A stretch of DNA of 64,000 nucleotides from a virus. Lineage: Duplodnaviria; Caudoviricetes. The stretch is taken from the IMG/VR virus record IMGVR_UViG_3300020042_003898, positions 1,037 to 65,036 of that record; one strand, given 5' to 3'. Below, one piece after another: positions 45,418 through 54,824 of the stretch (the stretch's first letter is position 1; every line of letters starts with the position of its first letter). A program made the position numbers and the translations under genes. The notes beneath the pieces are model-generated. The model did no database searches, was not told the origin of the DNA, and worked only from the letters and a program-made list of their open reading frames with translations.

Positions 45418-46431
45418 TTAGTTGCTTGAGAATAGTCTTACGACTGTTGCTGGTCTACGAACTAGGTGTAGTTGGTTAGACTCTGACTGAAGAAGAATGC
45501 CTTCATCCTTAGGATCACGGTATTGGAATACATAGGCTTCTTGACCTAGTGTATTAACTAGTGATAGTTTGTTGGCTGGTGAGAAATAACTCATGAAGGT
45601 ATCTGAAGTACCTTGTGGTAGTGCATAAGCATCACCTGAAGGAATTAGAGCAGTACCATTGTATGAGCCTCTGTATTCGATGAAGTCCATACCACCGTGG
45701 CTGAATCTACGATATACGCCAGAACCTAGGCGTGAACGTAGTGGGTCTTGGATTGAAGTGTAGTACTTGTAAGCATCCTTTAGACCAGCCTGAGCGATTA
45801 ACTTAGCGAAGAATACTGGTGAGCAAAGAACTGTAACGCCTGTGATAACTTCACCTGAGAGTTGGTTATCTTGAATGTGAGCGATACCTTCTTCAATCTT
45901 GGCAACTACGTCAGTAGTAGTAGTACCTAGAACGAAGTCGATTTCCTTACGGGTGATACCGAAAGCGGTGTAGTAGTTATCAACAACAGTACCGTTAGGA
46001 GCATAGATAGCACCTGTGGTAATAGCATAAGCACGACCTGCTTCCATTGTGATAGCATGGTTACGACGAATACGCTCTAGTTTACGAGCAATAACAGCAG
46101 ACTCAGTATCTACTTGGTCTGAACCATAAGCACGCTTACCTGCTAGATCTTGTGGTGAAACTTGATCGTCTAGTGCAAAGTGTGGAACACCGAAAGCATA
46201 GATGCTACGGGTGTCGTTAGCGTTTACGTTGTTACGAGTACCGCGATAAGTGTCAGGAATGACGCTTAGTGTACCGCTGGTTGCTTCTACAGTAACGGTA
46301 TGCTGTGATACTGCTTCTGAATTGAAGATGCCGAGTTCGTTAATTAGACCCCATGAATTAGGGATTAGATTAAGTTCTTCGGTAAGATCGACTACCTCAA
46401 ATGGTTTGTCAAAACTGCGAATAATAGCCAT
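45418..46431 (-). CDS. major capsid protein (lambda gpE-like family)
   Basis: 337 aa, follows scaffold and decoration genes; 'PH....D.V.P.D..G.R..G', 'LQSESNQL...RP' pattern. Confidence 0.9.
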   Translation of the reverse strand: MAIIRSFDKPFEVVDLTEELNLIPNSWGLINELGIFNSEAVSQHTVTVEATSGTLSVIPDTYRGTRNNVNANDTRSIYAFGVPHFALDDQVSPQDLAGKRAYGSDQVDTESAVIARKLERIRRNHAITMEAGRAYAITTGAIYAPNGTVVDNYYTAFGITRKEIDFVLGTTTTDVVAKIEEGIAHIQDNQLSGEVITGVTVLCSPVFFAKLIAQAGLKDAYKYYTSIQDPLRSRLGSGVYRRFSHGGMDFIEYRGSYNGTALIPSGDAYALPQGTSDTFMSYFSPANKLSLVNTLGQEAYVFQYRDPKDEGILLQSESNQLHLVRRPATVVRLFSSN

Positions 46432-46470
46432 AGTTTTTCCTTAAAATTTAATATTCAGTATCTAAATGAT

Positions 46471-46866
46471 TTAGACTGTTGTGTTAACAGAGATACCCTT
46501 GGCTTCAAGAGCAGCATAAATAGCAGCCTTCTCAGCATCGAGATCATGGCTTGCGTCTAGGACTAGAGCAGCCTTAGAAACAATGGCTGGGCCTTTTAGT
46601 AGAACTTGGACTACTGTATCTGTAGTTGCAGGAACAGTCTTGTCTTCTAGTAGGATAGCATCGGCAGTTTGTGAACCATCAACAGCGGTCTGTACGCAGA
46701 TCTTGTACTTACCACCAGTTGTAACCTTGCCAAGAACTGTACCAATGACTAGGGAGCCAGCAGTACCGTTGTATGTAACGGTAGCACGGTTGTAACCCAT
46801 TTCAGGCCATAATTCTTGCTTAACAAGATTGCTGAATCGTTTATTTTCTGTATATAGGAGAGACAT
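46471..46866 (-). CDS. head decoration protein (gpD-like)
   Basis: 'GTVLGKVT..GKY......DGSQ.A.AIL' signature. Confidence 0.88.
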   Translation of the reverse strand: MSLLYTENKRFSNLVKQELWPEMGYNRATVTYNGTAGSLVIGTVLGKVTTGGKYKICVQTAVDGSQTADAILLEDKTVPATTDTVVQVLLKGPAIVSKAALVLDASHDLDAEKAAIYAALEAKGISVNTTV

Positions 46867-46887
46867 ATTTTTTCCTTAAATTTAAAA

Positions 46888-47937
46888 TTACTTACTTAGA
46901 CGGGCTTTAATGACACGCGCAATAGCAGATTCCTTGACGGTATCATCAGCCTCTACCTGCACACCCTTTTCAACAAACAAATCAGAACTGTCGATAACAG
47001 CCCGCATATCTGATAACGCCTTAACGATATCTAGAAATTCTTTTTCATTCTCAATTAGACCAACTGCTTTGAATAGAACTTCGGCTTTTGCATCATCCTT
47101 AACAGCATTCTTGACTTGCTCAAAACGTGCCTTAAGGATAGCGTCCTTCTTTTCTTGTTCAAACTTAGCAACTAATTCTAGTGCTTTTTGTAGTTGTTCT
47201 TTCTGTTCATCAAATGCCTTTTGAATAGCCTCAAACTGTGATTTCTCAACAACGTCGGCTTTTACTTCATCGGCTACTTGTACTTCTTTCGTCATACTGT
47301 TTCCTTTAGTTACGGTTTCAGAAGGTTCAACCTTCGTTTCAGTTTCATCCGATTGTTCTGCTTTCGCAACGGCTTCGGTTGAGCCTTCTTCAGCATTAGA
47401 CATAATAGCCTTTGCAGAATTCTTTTCTAACTTATCAATCTTCTTGAAGGCTTTCTCGATAAGTTCTTGATCTTTAAGCATTGATAGATATTCGTCTTCA
47501 TTTAGACTAGATAGTACTTCTGGGATTGAAGTTGCTTCGTATAGAGACTTCATTACTTCAAAAGCCTCTAGTTTAGATTGGATATAATCTTCGTAAGTGC
47601 TAGGCTCTGATTCCATAGCATATTCGGCTGCATCTTCTGCTTTGTCATCCTGCATAGCAGTAGTTAGACCAAGTGCTCTAGCAAGAACTTCAGCGTCTTC
47701 ACCGTACATTCCAAAGAATCTACATAAGAAGTCGGTAATCTCTAGAGTAACAGTTACTTGTGATGCCTTCTTAATAAATTCATCTGAGAAATTCACAGAC
47801 TTCATTACTAGAGCATAGTCAGCACCTGATGCAGGGCCACCTTGACTTTCGCTGACAAGGGCGAAGTGTGCCCCATCTTTACTGAAGTCAATATTGCTTA
47901 ACTTTCGTTTCGCTTTTCGTTTAATTAATTCACTCAT
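46888..47937 (-). CDS. capsid scaffolding protein
   Basis: acidic, helical, E/K/A-rich; directly upstream of decoration/MCP. Confidence 0.7.
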   Translation of the reverse strand: MSELIKRKAKRKLSNIDFSKDGAHFALVSESQGGPASGADYALVMKSVNFSDEFIKKASQVTVTLEITDFLCRFFGMYGEDAEVLARALGLTTAMQDDKAEDAAEYAMESEPSTYEDYIQSKLEAFEVMKSLYEATSIPEVLSSLNEDEYLSMLKDQELIEKAFKKIDKLEKNSAKAIMSNAEEGSTEAVAKAEQSDETETKVEPSETVTKGNSMTKEVQVADEVKADVVEKSQFEAIQKAFDEQKEQLQKALELVAKFEQEKKDAILKARFEQVKNAVKDDAKAEVLFKAVGLIENEKEFLDIVKALSDMRAVIDSSDLFVEKGVQVEADDTVKESAIARVIKARLSK

Positions 47938-48730
47938 CAGTATCCTCTTCTAAGTTTTGAACTGATGCTAAAGCACCAATGCTTACACCATTAATCTTCC
48001 CTGATTTAACAAGTTCCCATACTTCAGCATCCCTGATTTGTAGATTAACTAACCAAGTACCTGCTTTTACTAGTTTTTCACCTAGTACAAAATCTGTAGG
48101 GGCGATAAAACTTTCTACTATAGAAAAGGAATCTGTTTCAACTAAATGAAAAAGATTTGCTTTCATACAGAAGGTATTAAAGTTATGACAGGCTTTACGT
48201 ACTTCATCTACAGTAGTTACATCACCATGAAGATCAACTTCATCTGGTAACATAGCCACAAACATGACTTGCATTAATTCTTCATTCGTTGCTTTGCTGA
48301 CTTGAAGTTTCATCCAAGATAAATTATCTTCTCTGTTTACTTCTTCATCAGTAATGTCTTTGCGATAAGACTTAAGAATCTCTTCTTGTTTTAGAATACG
48401 TCTAGCAAAGGCTAAACCTGCACTTCCACCCCAAAGTAACCATGCAATAGTACCTGCTGTAGGCCCACCGTCAGGCATCTTCTTCTTTGGAGCATAATTC
48501 TTTTCATGCCTAGAGAAAAAGGAGTACATCCTCTTTACTGTGTCTAGACTAAGATTTCCATTTATAATGTCTCTTGCTCTTGCTACTCCAGAACCAACGC
48601 CTTCAGCATTTGCTTGAGAGGCATCTAAACCCCCTCTGTTGAACTTCTCTCTTAGAGCGAGTCCCCTGCTTGCGTTATTCTTCATTGCTTGAGTAGGGGC
48701 AAATGATTTTGCTTTTTTAATTTCTTCCAT
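47930..48730 (-). CDS. XkdF-like putative prohead serine protease with an N-terminal accessory domain
   Basis: 'PDEVDLHGD', 'NLFH', 'VESFIAP', 'GTW', 'W.LVKSG.INGVSIG'; start reassigned to MEEIKK (track gives 48814). Confidence 0.8.
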   Translation of the reverse strand: MEEIKKAKSFAPTQAMKNNASRGLALREKFNRGGLDASQANAEGVGSGVARARDIINGNLSLDTVKRMYSFFSRHEKNYAPKKKMPDGGPTAGTIAWLLWGGSAGLAFARRILKQEEILKSYRKDITDEEVNREDNLSWMKLQVSKATNEELMQVMFVAMLPDEVDLHGDVTTVDEVRKACHNFNTFCMKANLFHLVETDSFSIVESFIAPTDFVLGEKLVKAGTWLVNLQIRDAEVWELVKSGKINGVSIGALASVQNLEEDTDE

Positions 48731-48773
48731 ATTACCCTTTTTATAAATGCAATACTTATAATATATACATATT

Positions 48774-48802
48774 AGTATACCACACCAGACTTGCATTGTC
48801 AA
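48774..48802 (-). promoter_or_regulatory. sigma70-like promoter for head genes
   Basis: TTGACA-17-TATACT. Confidence 0.8.
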
Positions 48803-48848
48803 GGTATATAACATACTACAGTATAATTATAAGTATTGCTGTACTCTA

Positions 48849-50804
48849 TTACAGAGTAATTGCCGATTTAGAAGATATAGGTTTAATTAAATTGCCTGTA
48901 CTGATATCAACCTTAATGCTTAAGTCTACGTATGTTCCTATGTAATTATCACCCTCTGGGCCATATGCTACACCAGCAACAACCTGTGAAGGTAAAGGCC
49001 AGTAAGGATATTGTAGACTTGCTCCAACTCCATTTATATTATAAACAGCAGGAGTAACATTTAAGATCTTAGTCTTCTCAAACTGAGCAGGTGCTCCAGT
49101 TATACTATATGATGAACTTTGTGAGTTCAGTATCTTTGTAGTTACTAGTCCAGCACCTGATGAAGATACTGTATAAGAACTAGAAATAGCATCTAAAGTA
49201 ACATCTCGATCTAGAGTAGCAGAACTTCCTGTTAATGAATAACTAGAAGCATTTGCTTGTACTGCTCTATCTGAATAAGAACTAGAAGCAAAACCAGTTA
49301 GAGAATATATACCTGTATCAGAACTTAATACTCTGTTACAATCTAAACGAGCATCATTTCCAGTTAAGGTAAACGAATTAAATTCTGCGTTGAATAGTAA
49401 ACTTCTTGAGAATACTACATCAAAACCTGTCTCTGAGTAAGATCCAGATCCTGCATTAACTGAATAGTTCTTACCGATTCCTGCATCAAATCCAGTTAGA
49501 CTATATGAACTTGTTTGTACGCTTACTACTGTATTACGTAATAAAGCACTATTTGACCCAGTAAGATCATAATTACCAGAAGAAGAATTAAGGGAAATTC
49601 CTCTTAGTATACTAGCGGCACTTCCTGTTAAATCATAAGAAGCACTTTGAGCATTTGGATTAAATGTCTGGTACTTGAAAGAATCTACACCAGTTAGATT
49701 ATAAGTACCTAGATTTGGAACTAAATTAATACTTCTTGCTAAAGTACTAGATGCCCCTGTATAAGAGTAAGAACCCGAATTGGCATTAACTGATAAATTA
49801 GGAGTTAAGTTTGTAGTTAAAGTAGCAGGGGTTCCTGTTGTACTAAATGTACCAAAAGCCGCATCTAAGGAAAGATTAGCGGTTGCACCATTAATAAGGT
49901 TAGCCGCAACACCGTTAATAGATATTGTACCAGAATTAGAAGATAGAACTAAATCTACTCTTGTTGTAGCAGAACTTCCAGTAGTGCTATAACTACTTGG
50001 ACTTGAAACTAGTAATATACTTGTATTAAGTAAAGAAGCAACTCCTGTAATTGAATAACTACTAGGTGCTGCATCAATTGTATAACTAATACCTAAGTTT
50101 GCTGCTACACCAGTTGAACTGAAAGATCCTGAGTTAGCATTTATCTTGTATTGAATATACTGATTGCTTGCTGATCCAGTTAACTCATAACTTGAACTAG
50201 CAGAATTTAGAACTAAAGATTTTAATAAGGTACTAGATATACCTGTATATAAATAACTATCTGGGCTTGCAAGTAAAGTTCTACTTGGGGTGTTCTGTAC
50301 TAGAGTAGCATCTGAACCTGTGAGGCTTAGACTTGAACTACTAGCATCTAAAGTATAAAAATTCAGTACAATAGCAGGGATTTCCATCTCTGCCCAAGAT
50401 ACTTGATATACTTGAGGAATTGTATAAGTAAGAGTAGCGGCTGATCCAGTTAAGGAATAAGCCTCTGTAGAAAGTACTAGGTTTTTATCTTGTAATAAAG
50501 AAGCAATCGCCCCTGAGATACTGTAAGAACCAGAGCCTAAAGATAGACTTCTTGTTGAATAAGAAAAAGAGTCTAACCCTGTAATTGAATAACTACTTGG
50601 TACTAATTCTAAATTACGATTAGAAATAAGACCAGCAGTTACTCCAGTTATAACATAACTTGAAGGACTAGCATCTAATGAATAAGCAACTAATGCTAAC
50701 TCAAAATAGTCTGCACTTAGAATTACACCAGCGGGGCCATTATCCCAATAATCGGAACCACCTTTTATACCTCGTGGGAGATCAAACTCTGGATTCTTGA
50801 CCAT
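48849..50804 (-). CDS. Ser/Thr/Gly-rich repeat virion protein
   Basis: more than 20 repeats of '(G/S)SY.(L/I)TG..A.L' with ~25-aa period. Confidence 0.7.
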   Translation of the reverse strand: MVKNPEFDLPRGIKGGSDYWDNGPAGVILSADYFELALVAYSLDASPSSYVITGVTAGLISNRNLELVPSSYSITGLDSFSYSTRSLSLGSGSYSISGAIASLLQDKNLVLSTEAYSLTGSAATLTYTIPQVYQVSWAEMEIPAIVLNFYTLDASSSSLSLTGSDATLVQNTPSRTLLASPDSYLYTGISSTLLKSLVLNSASSSYELTGSASNQYIQYKINANSGSFSSTGVAANLGISYTIDAAPSSYSITGVASLLNTSILLVSSPSSYSTTGSSATTRVDLVLSSNSGTISINGVAANLINGATANLSLDAAFGTFSTTGTPATLTTNLTPNLSVNANSGSYSYTGASSTLARSINLVPNLGTYNLTGVDSFKYQTFNPNAQSASYDLTGSAASILRGISLNSSSGNYDLTGSNSALLRNTVVSVQTSSYSLTGFDAGIGKNYSVNAGSGSYSETGFDVVFSRSLLFNAEFNSFTLTGNDARLDCNRVLSSDTGIYSLTGFASSSYSDRAVQANASSYSLTGSSATLDRDVTLDAISSSYTVSSSGAGLVTTKILNSQSSSYSITGAPAQFEKTKILNVTPAVYNINGVGASLQYPYWPLPSQVVAGVAYGPEGDNYIGTYVDLSIKVDISTGNLIKPISSKSAITL

Positions 50805-50810
50805 AATATT

Positions 50811-51623
50811 TTACCCGTGCGCGATCTTAGACTGACCTCTTACTGTACCAGTAGTTGTTGTTGAACAAATCATTAACATCATTAAACAAGAATCATTTTC
50901 AATTTCTGGAAATCCCAATTGTGCCCAGTCAAAAGTCTCTGTCTTGTTAAGTAAAGGGCAAGAAACAGAAGTACGTGGCCTAGTTGCTGTGATACCAAAG
51001 TTACCTGCTGTACCAGTAGTTGCTGATAATGTAACGCTGTTGACTGCTCTGATATATCTTCCTGAAACAGCAGAAATTAAAGGATATAATCTACCTGCAC
51101 GAGGAGTAGCACCTAAAGCAATTGCTGCTAAGTTACCAGTAGAAGCATCATCGTAAGTTACGTTAACCGTAGCATTAACGCCTGTAGCACCAAGAGCAGT
51201 ATAAACTTCTAACCACCATTGAACTTCGTCATAAGTAGCATCACCAATTCTAGCAGCAGAAGGTGCTAAAGTAACAAGATTCAATGCTCCTTGAGCAGTA
51301 GTAACAATTCCTGATAAACCACCCATGTGAGCAATTCTGTCATGAATTTCTAGATTAGTTGCACTATTACCTGTTTGAACCGCTAACCAGCCAAGATAAC
51401 TAGTAGCAGGAGATGTCTGATTGGTAAGACCAAAAGAACCTGCTAAAGCCTGTGTACAAACAGCAGCAGTTGAAGGAGTTGCTCCGACACCGGGAGAACC
51501 AGCAGAAGTCCATAAACTAAATACCTGTCCCGCTACAGTATTAGCAAGAGATGCTTTATCAATTACCTGTCTATCTGCGCCATTTCCCAGTCCTGCGATT
51601 AAACCATCTCTTGTAGTAATCAT
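50811..51623 (-). CDS. putative virion structural protein
   Basis: 270-aa A/T/G-rich beta protein in the late cluster. Confidence 0.6.
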   Translation of the reverse strand: MITTRDGLIAGLGNGADRQVIDKASLANTVAGQVFSLWTSAGSPGVGATPSTAAVCTQALAGSFGLTNQTSPATSYLGWLAVQTGNSATNLEIHDRIAHMGGLSGIVTTAQGALNLVTLAPSAARIGDATYDEVQWWLEVYTALGATGVNATVNVTYDDASTGNLAAIALGATPRAGRLYPLISAVSGRYIRAVNSVTLSATTGTAGNFGITATRPRTSVSCPLLNKTETFDWAQLGFPEIENDSCLMMLMICSTTTTGTVRGQSKIAHG

Positions 51624-51784
51624 TCTACTAACTCCATATAAAGTTCATCAAAAGCACCATTATCACCTAAGATATAAGCAACTTGTCCAATAGAATCAGT
51701 AACTGAATCTGTAATAACATAAGTGTCTGGGAAGGACTCAGCAAAAGGATATAGCACTCTTACCGTATCTCCTGTATTAAACAT
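51620..51784 (-). CDS. 54-aa acidic protein (not in ORF track)
   Basis: MFNTGDTVRVLYPFAESFPDTY...; SD AAGGAG; ATGA overlap with the next gene. Confidence 0.65.
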   Translation of the reverse strand: MFNTGDTVRVLYPFAESFPDTYVITDSVTDSIGQVAYILGDNGAFDELYMELVE

Positions 51785-51801
51785 AATAAAACTCCTTTAT
51801 A

Positions 51802-52224
51802 TTAACTACTGACAAATCTTAATCTTAAATCTGTATAGTTTGTGATTGAATCTGCTTCAGTAGAACTCAAAGTAAATGTAAAGGTTTGAAATCCTGAAGT
51901 TAACGTAGGAACATGAGTAGCAATTAAGGTAGTACCTTGATATAAACTTACAGTTAGAGTTCCGTTGCCTTTTGCTCTGTATCTAATAATGTGTCCAGTA
52001 GATGATGCTGGATCAAATCCTACCCCTAACTTAACTTCACTTGTTGTTGAAGTACTAGCAAGAATATAATCTGCATCGTCATAAGGAGTCTCATCTAGCA
52101 TAGAGAATAAATCAGTACCACTAGAAGGAGTCCATGCTCCTGCTGTGATATCTGAAGTAGGTCTTAGTAACTGTACTACAGCAGATGATAAAGCACTTCC
52201 TTGAAGTAAAGGGCTAAACCACAT
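51802..52224 (-). CDS. putative virion structural protein
   Basis: 'RPTSD...G.W', 'ITNYTDLRLRF' beta-sandwich-like pattern. Confidence 0.6.
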   Translation of the reverse strand: MWFSPLLQGSALSSAVVQLLRPTSDITAGAWTPSSGTDLFSMLDETPYDDADYILASTSTTSEVKLGVGFDPASSTGHIIRYRAKGNGTLTVSLYQGTTLIATHVPTLTSGFQTFTFTLSSTEADSITNYTDLRLRFVSS

Positions 52225-52225
52225 A

Positions 52226-52573
52226 TTATGCTACCTGTCTGATAGACCAGATAATACTACGATCTGTTCCTTGGTTTTTCTTTAAAGAAATAGTCCAACC
52301 ATGCAAAAATAATAAAGCAGGTGTTACATAAATAGGTTCTGATTGAACTCCACTAATGATTATTTCTTGAACTACTCTTTGTGTAGAAGAAGAGATAGTC
52401 TTTTCATAAATTCTTAGTCTATATTCTTCTGTAGCAGTCAGGGCATTAAGATCAAGGAATACTTGATAAATACCATCTGTTGTTTGTGATCCTAGAGTAG
52501 TTGTACTGCTTGGAAGATCGTATTCTGTAGCACCAATGGTTGCTGTTCCACTAAATGATTCTGCGATAGCCAT
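52226..52573 (-). CDS. putative virion structural protein
   Basis: 115-aa ORF, tightly packed. Confidence 0.6.
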   Translation of the reverse strand: MAIAESFSGTATIGATEYDLPSSTTTLGSQTTDGIYQVFLDLNALTATEEYRLRIYEKTISSSTQRVVQEIIISGVQSEPIYVTPALLFLHGWTISLKKNQGTDRSIIWSIRQVA

Positions 52574-53520
52574 TATTCTGCACTCCAGTAGGTGAACGAT
52601 ACATAGCCTGCGGTTCCATTACCTCCAGCAGCATTACCCGACCCGCCACCGCCAGCAGCACCATAACCAGTTCCAGAACTTCCCGCCATACCACCACCAG
52701 CAGTAGCCGATCCACCTGCACCAGATCGACCATAAGCAGAAGCACCACCAACTCCACCGCCACCTAGGGAAATAGTGGTTGTCGTTGCTCCTGATGCAAC
52801 TGAACTAAATGGTTGAAGTAAGTTTTCAAAGTTGCCACCTATCATCGGGCCACCGCCAGAGGCTCCCGCAGTAGTGACTGTGGTGCTTGCGCCGCCGCCA
52901 CCGCCACCAGTATTACCCGAAAAACTTCCTCCCCATAAATTGAGAAAAAGCGCGGAATCGCCCCGAACGTTATAATTTCCTTGAGAAGAACCCCCGCTAG
53001 TAGGTGTTGCTTGAGTAAGACCCCCACTCCCCGGGTTGCCGCCGTTACCAAACTGCCCAGAGGCACCACCGCCAGTTACTGTGCCCGGATTGCCTCCTCG
53101 CGTAACATAACCAAACCCCACTTGACCCGAATTAGCAGAGCCAAGTTGAGCATTTAACAAGCCAGTAAGAACAGTAGCCCCACCAGAACTACCTCCTACA
53201 CCAATAGCACCACCAGCACCACCAGCACCTACAGTTACTCCAACAGAAGAATTTGGCAAAACCGAAAAAATTGCGCCCTCAAGAGCAATCCCACTATCTC
53301 CACCGCCACCACCTGCCAAAGAGTTTCCAGTTCCATATCCACCACCTCCACCTCCCGCACCGGAGATCATTGTGGTAATAAGTTGAGTAACACCTACAGG
53401 AACAACAAACGTCCAAGGCCCGTTTACTGAAGTAGCATCCGTCACCCCGTCCCTTACAACTCCTGTACCTCGAATAAACTCAACAACGTGTTGTTTTAAT
53501 GCTAATCCACCTAAACTCAT
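52573..53520 (-). CDS. glycine-rich fibre-like protein
   Basis: 'FVVP.GVT......GAGGGGG' and 'GAAGGGG....GG.G..G.V' glycine-rich domain. Confidence 0.75.
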   Translation of the reverse strand: MSLGGLALKQHVVEFIRGTGVVRDGVTDATSVNGPWTFVVPVGVTQLITTMISGAGGGGGGYGTGNSLAGGGGGDSGIALEGAIFSVLPNSSVGVTVGAGGAGGAIGVGGSSGGATVLTGLLNAQLGSANSGQVGFGYVTRGGNPGTVTGGGASGQFGNGGNPGSGGLTQATPTSGGSSQGNYNVRGDSALFLNLWGGSFSGNTGGGGGGASTTVTTAGASGGGPMIGGNFENLLQPFSSVASGATTTTISLGGGGVGGASAYGRSGAGGSATAGGGMAGSSGTGYGAAGGGGSGNAAGGNGTAGYVSFTYWSAE

Positions 53521-53927
53521 ACTACCCCCAAAATTCTAAGTGAATCTTCTTCTGTAATAAGATTCTGAGTTACAAGATAATTAACAAAAAATACAGTATC
53601 TTGGTCATCTAGTTTAACTTCTTCAGCAAGATCTAGCATCTGAAGAGCGTCTTTAATAACAGCATCTTCTTGTGCTCTAATAGCAATTCTTTGCTGTGCA
53701 GTAAATCTTCTTAAAAAAGTAAGTCTACTAATTGGATAAAGAATAGGAGGTTTTGGTGGAGATTTAGTAAAAACACCTGCATTATATAAATCTCCAATTC
53801 CAAATTGACTTAAAAGTTCTGTTCGTTCGATACAAGTATAGTCGGGATAAAATTGTTGAGCGCGTTCAGTAGAATCTGCTGAAATACAATTTTCAATGAC
53901 ACTATCTTTGATAAGAAATACGTCCAT
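53517..53927 (-). CDS. fibre-associated/chaperone-like protein
   Basis: 'IS.L.F..RFT..Q...I...D.......LD.A..V.L.D..T...V..L' pattern. Confidence 0.55.
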   Translation of the reverse strand: MDVFLIKDSVIENCISADSTERAQQFYPDYTCIERTELLSQFGIGDLYNAGVFTKSPPKPPILYPISRLTFLRRFTAQQRIAIRAQEDAVIKDALQMLDLAEEVKLDDQDTVFFVNYLVTQNLITEEDSLRILGVV

Positions 53928-53948
53928 ATTTTATCCTTGTATGTTATA

Positions 53949-54383
53949 TTAAACTAGTGTAAAGATAGTACCGGGAGTAGTATTATTAAACTTTACAGTA
54001 AATGTTTCAGTATCTGCTAGAGTAACTGAAGAACCATAGTCCCACCAAGCAACAGCAGCGTCAACTGGTGAAGTTGCTGTGTCGTTATATAGAACAGCAT
54101 AGCGGAATGGGCCTAGATTGCCACCAGCAGCAGTAAAGACTACTTGAGTACCAGTAACAGTAGTTGTACCGCTTGCTTCACTTACCGCAATAGTAGTAGC
54201 AGTACCACCTACTGTATAACCATTTACAGCAGCAGGTGAAGGATGACTTGATACGTTCCATGAAGCATCAGTTGCTGTAGGAGCAGTATTAGTTAAAGCG
54301 ATTTTGAAAGTATGAGCATCCCAGTCATGAACGCCACGAATTAGTTGTTCTGAGAAGTCTTGAAATTTATTATAAGCAGCCAT
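53949..54383 (-). CDS. conserved virion structural protein
   Basis: 'NKF..F......HD....TFKIALTN', 'GY..GG', 'F.A.G...GPFRYAVLYNDT...WWDYG' signature. Confidence 0.7.
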   Translation of the reverse strand: MAAYNKFQDFSEQLIRGVHDWDAHTFKIALTNTAPTATDASWNVSSHPSPAAVNGYTVGGTATTIAVSEASGTTTVTGTQVVFTAAGGNLGPFRYAVLYNDTATSPVDAAVAWWDYGSSVTLADTETFTVKFNNTTPGTIFTLV

Positions 54384-54443
54384 TTATTTTCTCCTTGAAT
54401 TATAGGAAGGTATACATTTATATACGAGTATTAAAATATAGAA

Positions 54444-54815
54444 TTATGGAATTACGGATTCATCTATTGACAGGATGTTTCCACCTATATCATAGTTGAA
54501 TACTCTTCTATAAGTCTTTGAGTCATGTAAGTAATCAAGTTGAGTTACTAATCCTGCACTATAAGTAATTAACTTATAATTTCCAGAGTCATAATCAATT
54601 CTTGTTACGTCAGATCCTGTATAAGTAAATACAGCATTCTTCTCAGCATCTGAGGAAAAAGGATTAACTGTTTTAAGTTGAATCGCTTCTCCTGTAGAAT
54701 CTTTTCTAAATACTTCATGCGCTTGAGCATAAAGTCTTACTGAACTTACAGGAGTAGACTCTGCATCAGTAGTTTGTTCTGGTAATTCTATACTTGTTAG
54801 AAATTTATTAGACAT
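54444..54815 (-). CDS. hypothetical virion-associated protein
   Basis: 'FTYTG..VTRIDY', 'Y..G.VT..DY' repeats. Confidence 0.55.
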   Translation of the reverse strand: MSNKFLTSIELPEQTTDAESTPVSSVRLYAQAHEVFRKDSTGEAIQLKTVNPFSSDAEKNAVFTYTGSDVTRIDYDSGNYKLITYSAGLVTQLDYLHDSKTYRRVFNYDIGGNILSIDESVIP

Positions 54816-54824
54816 TAGATATCC

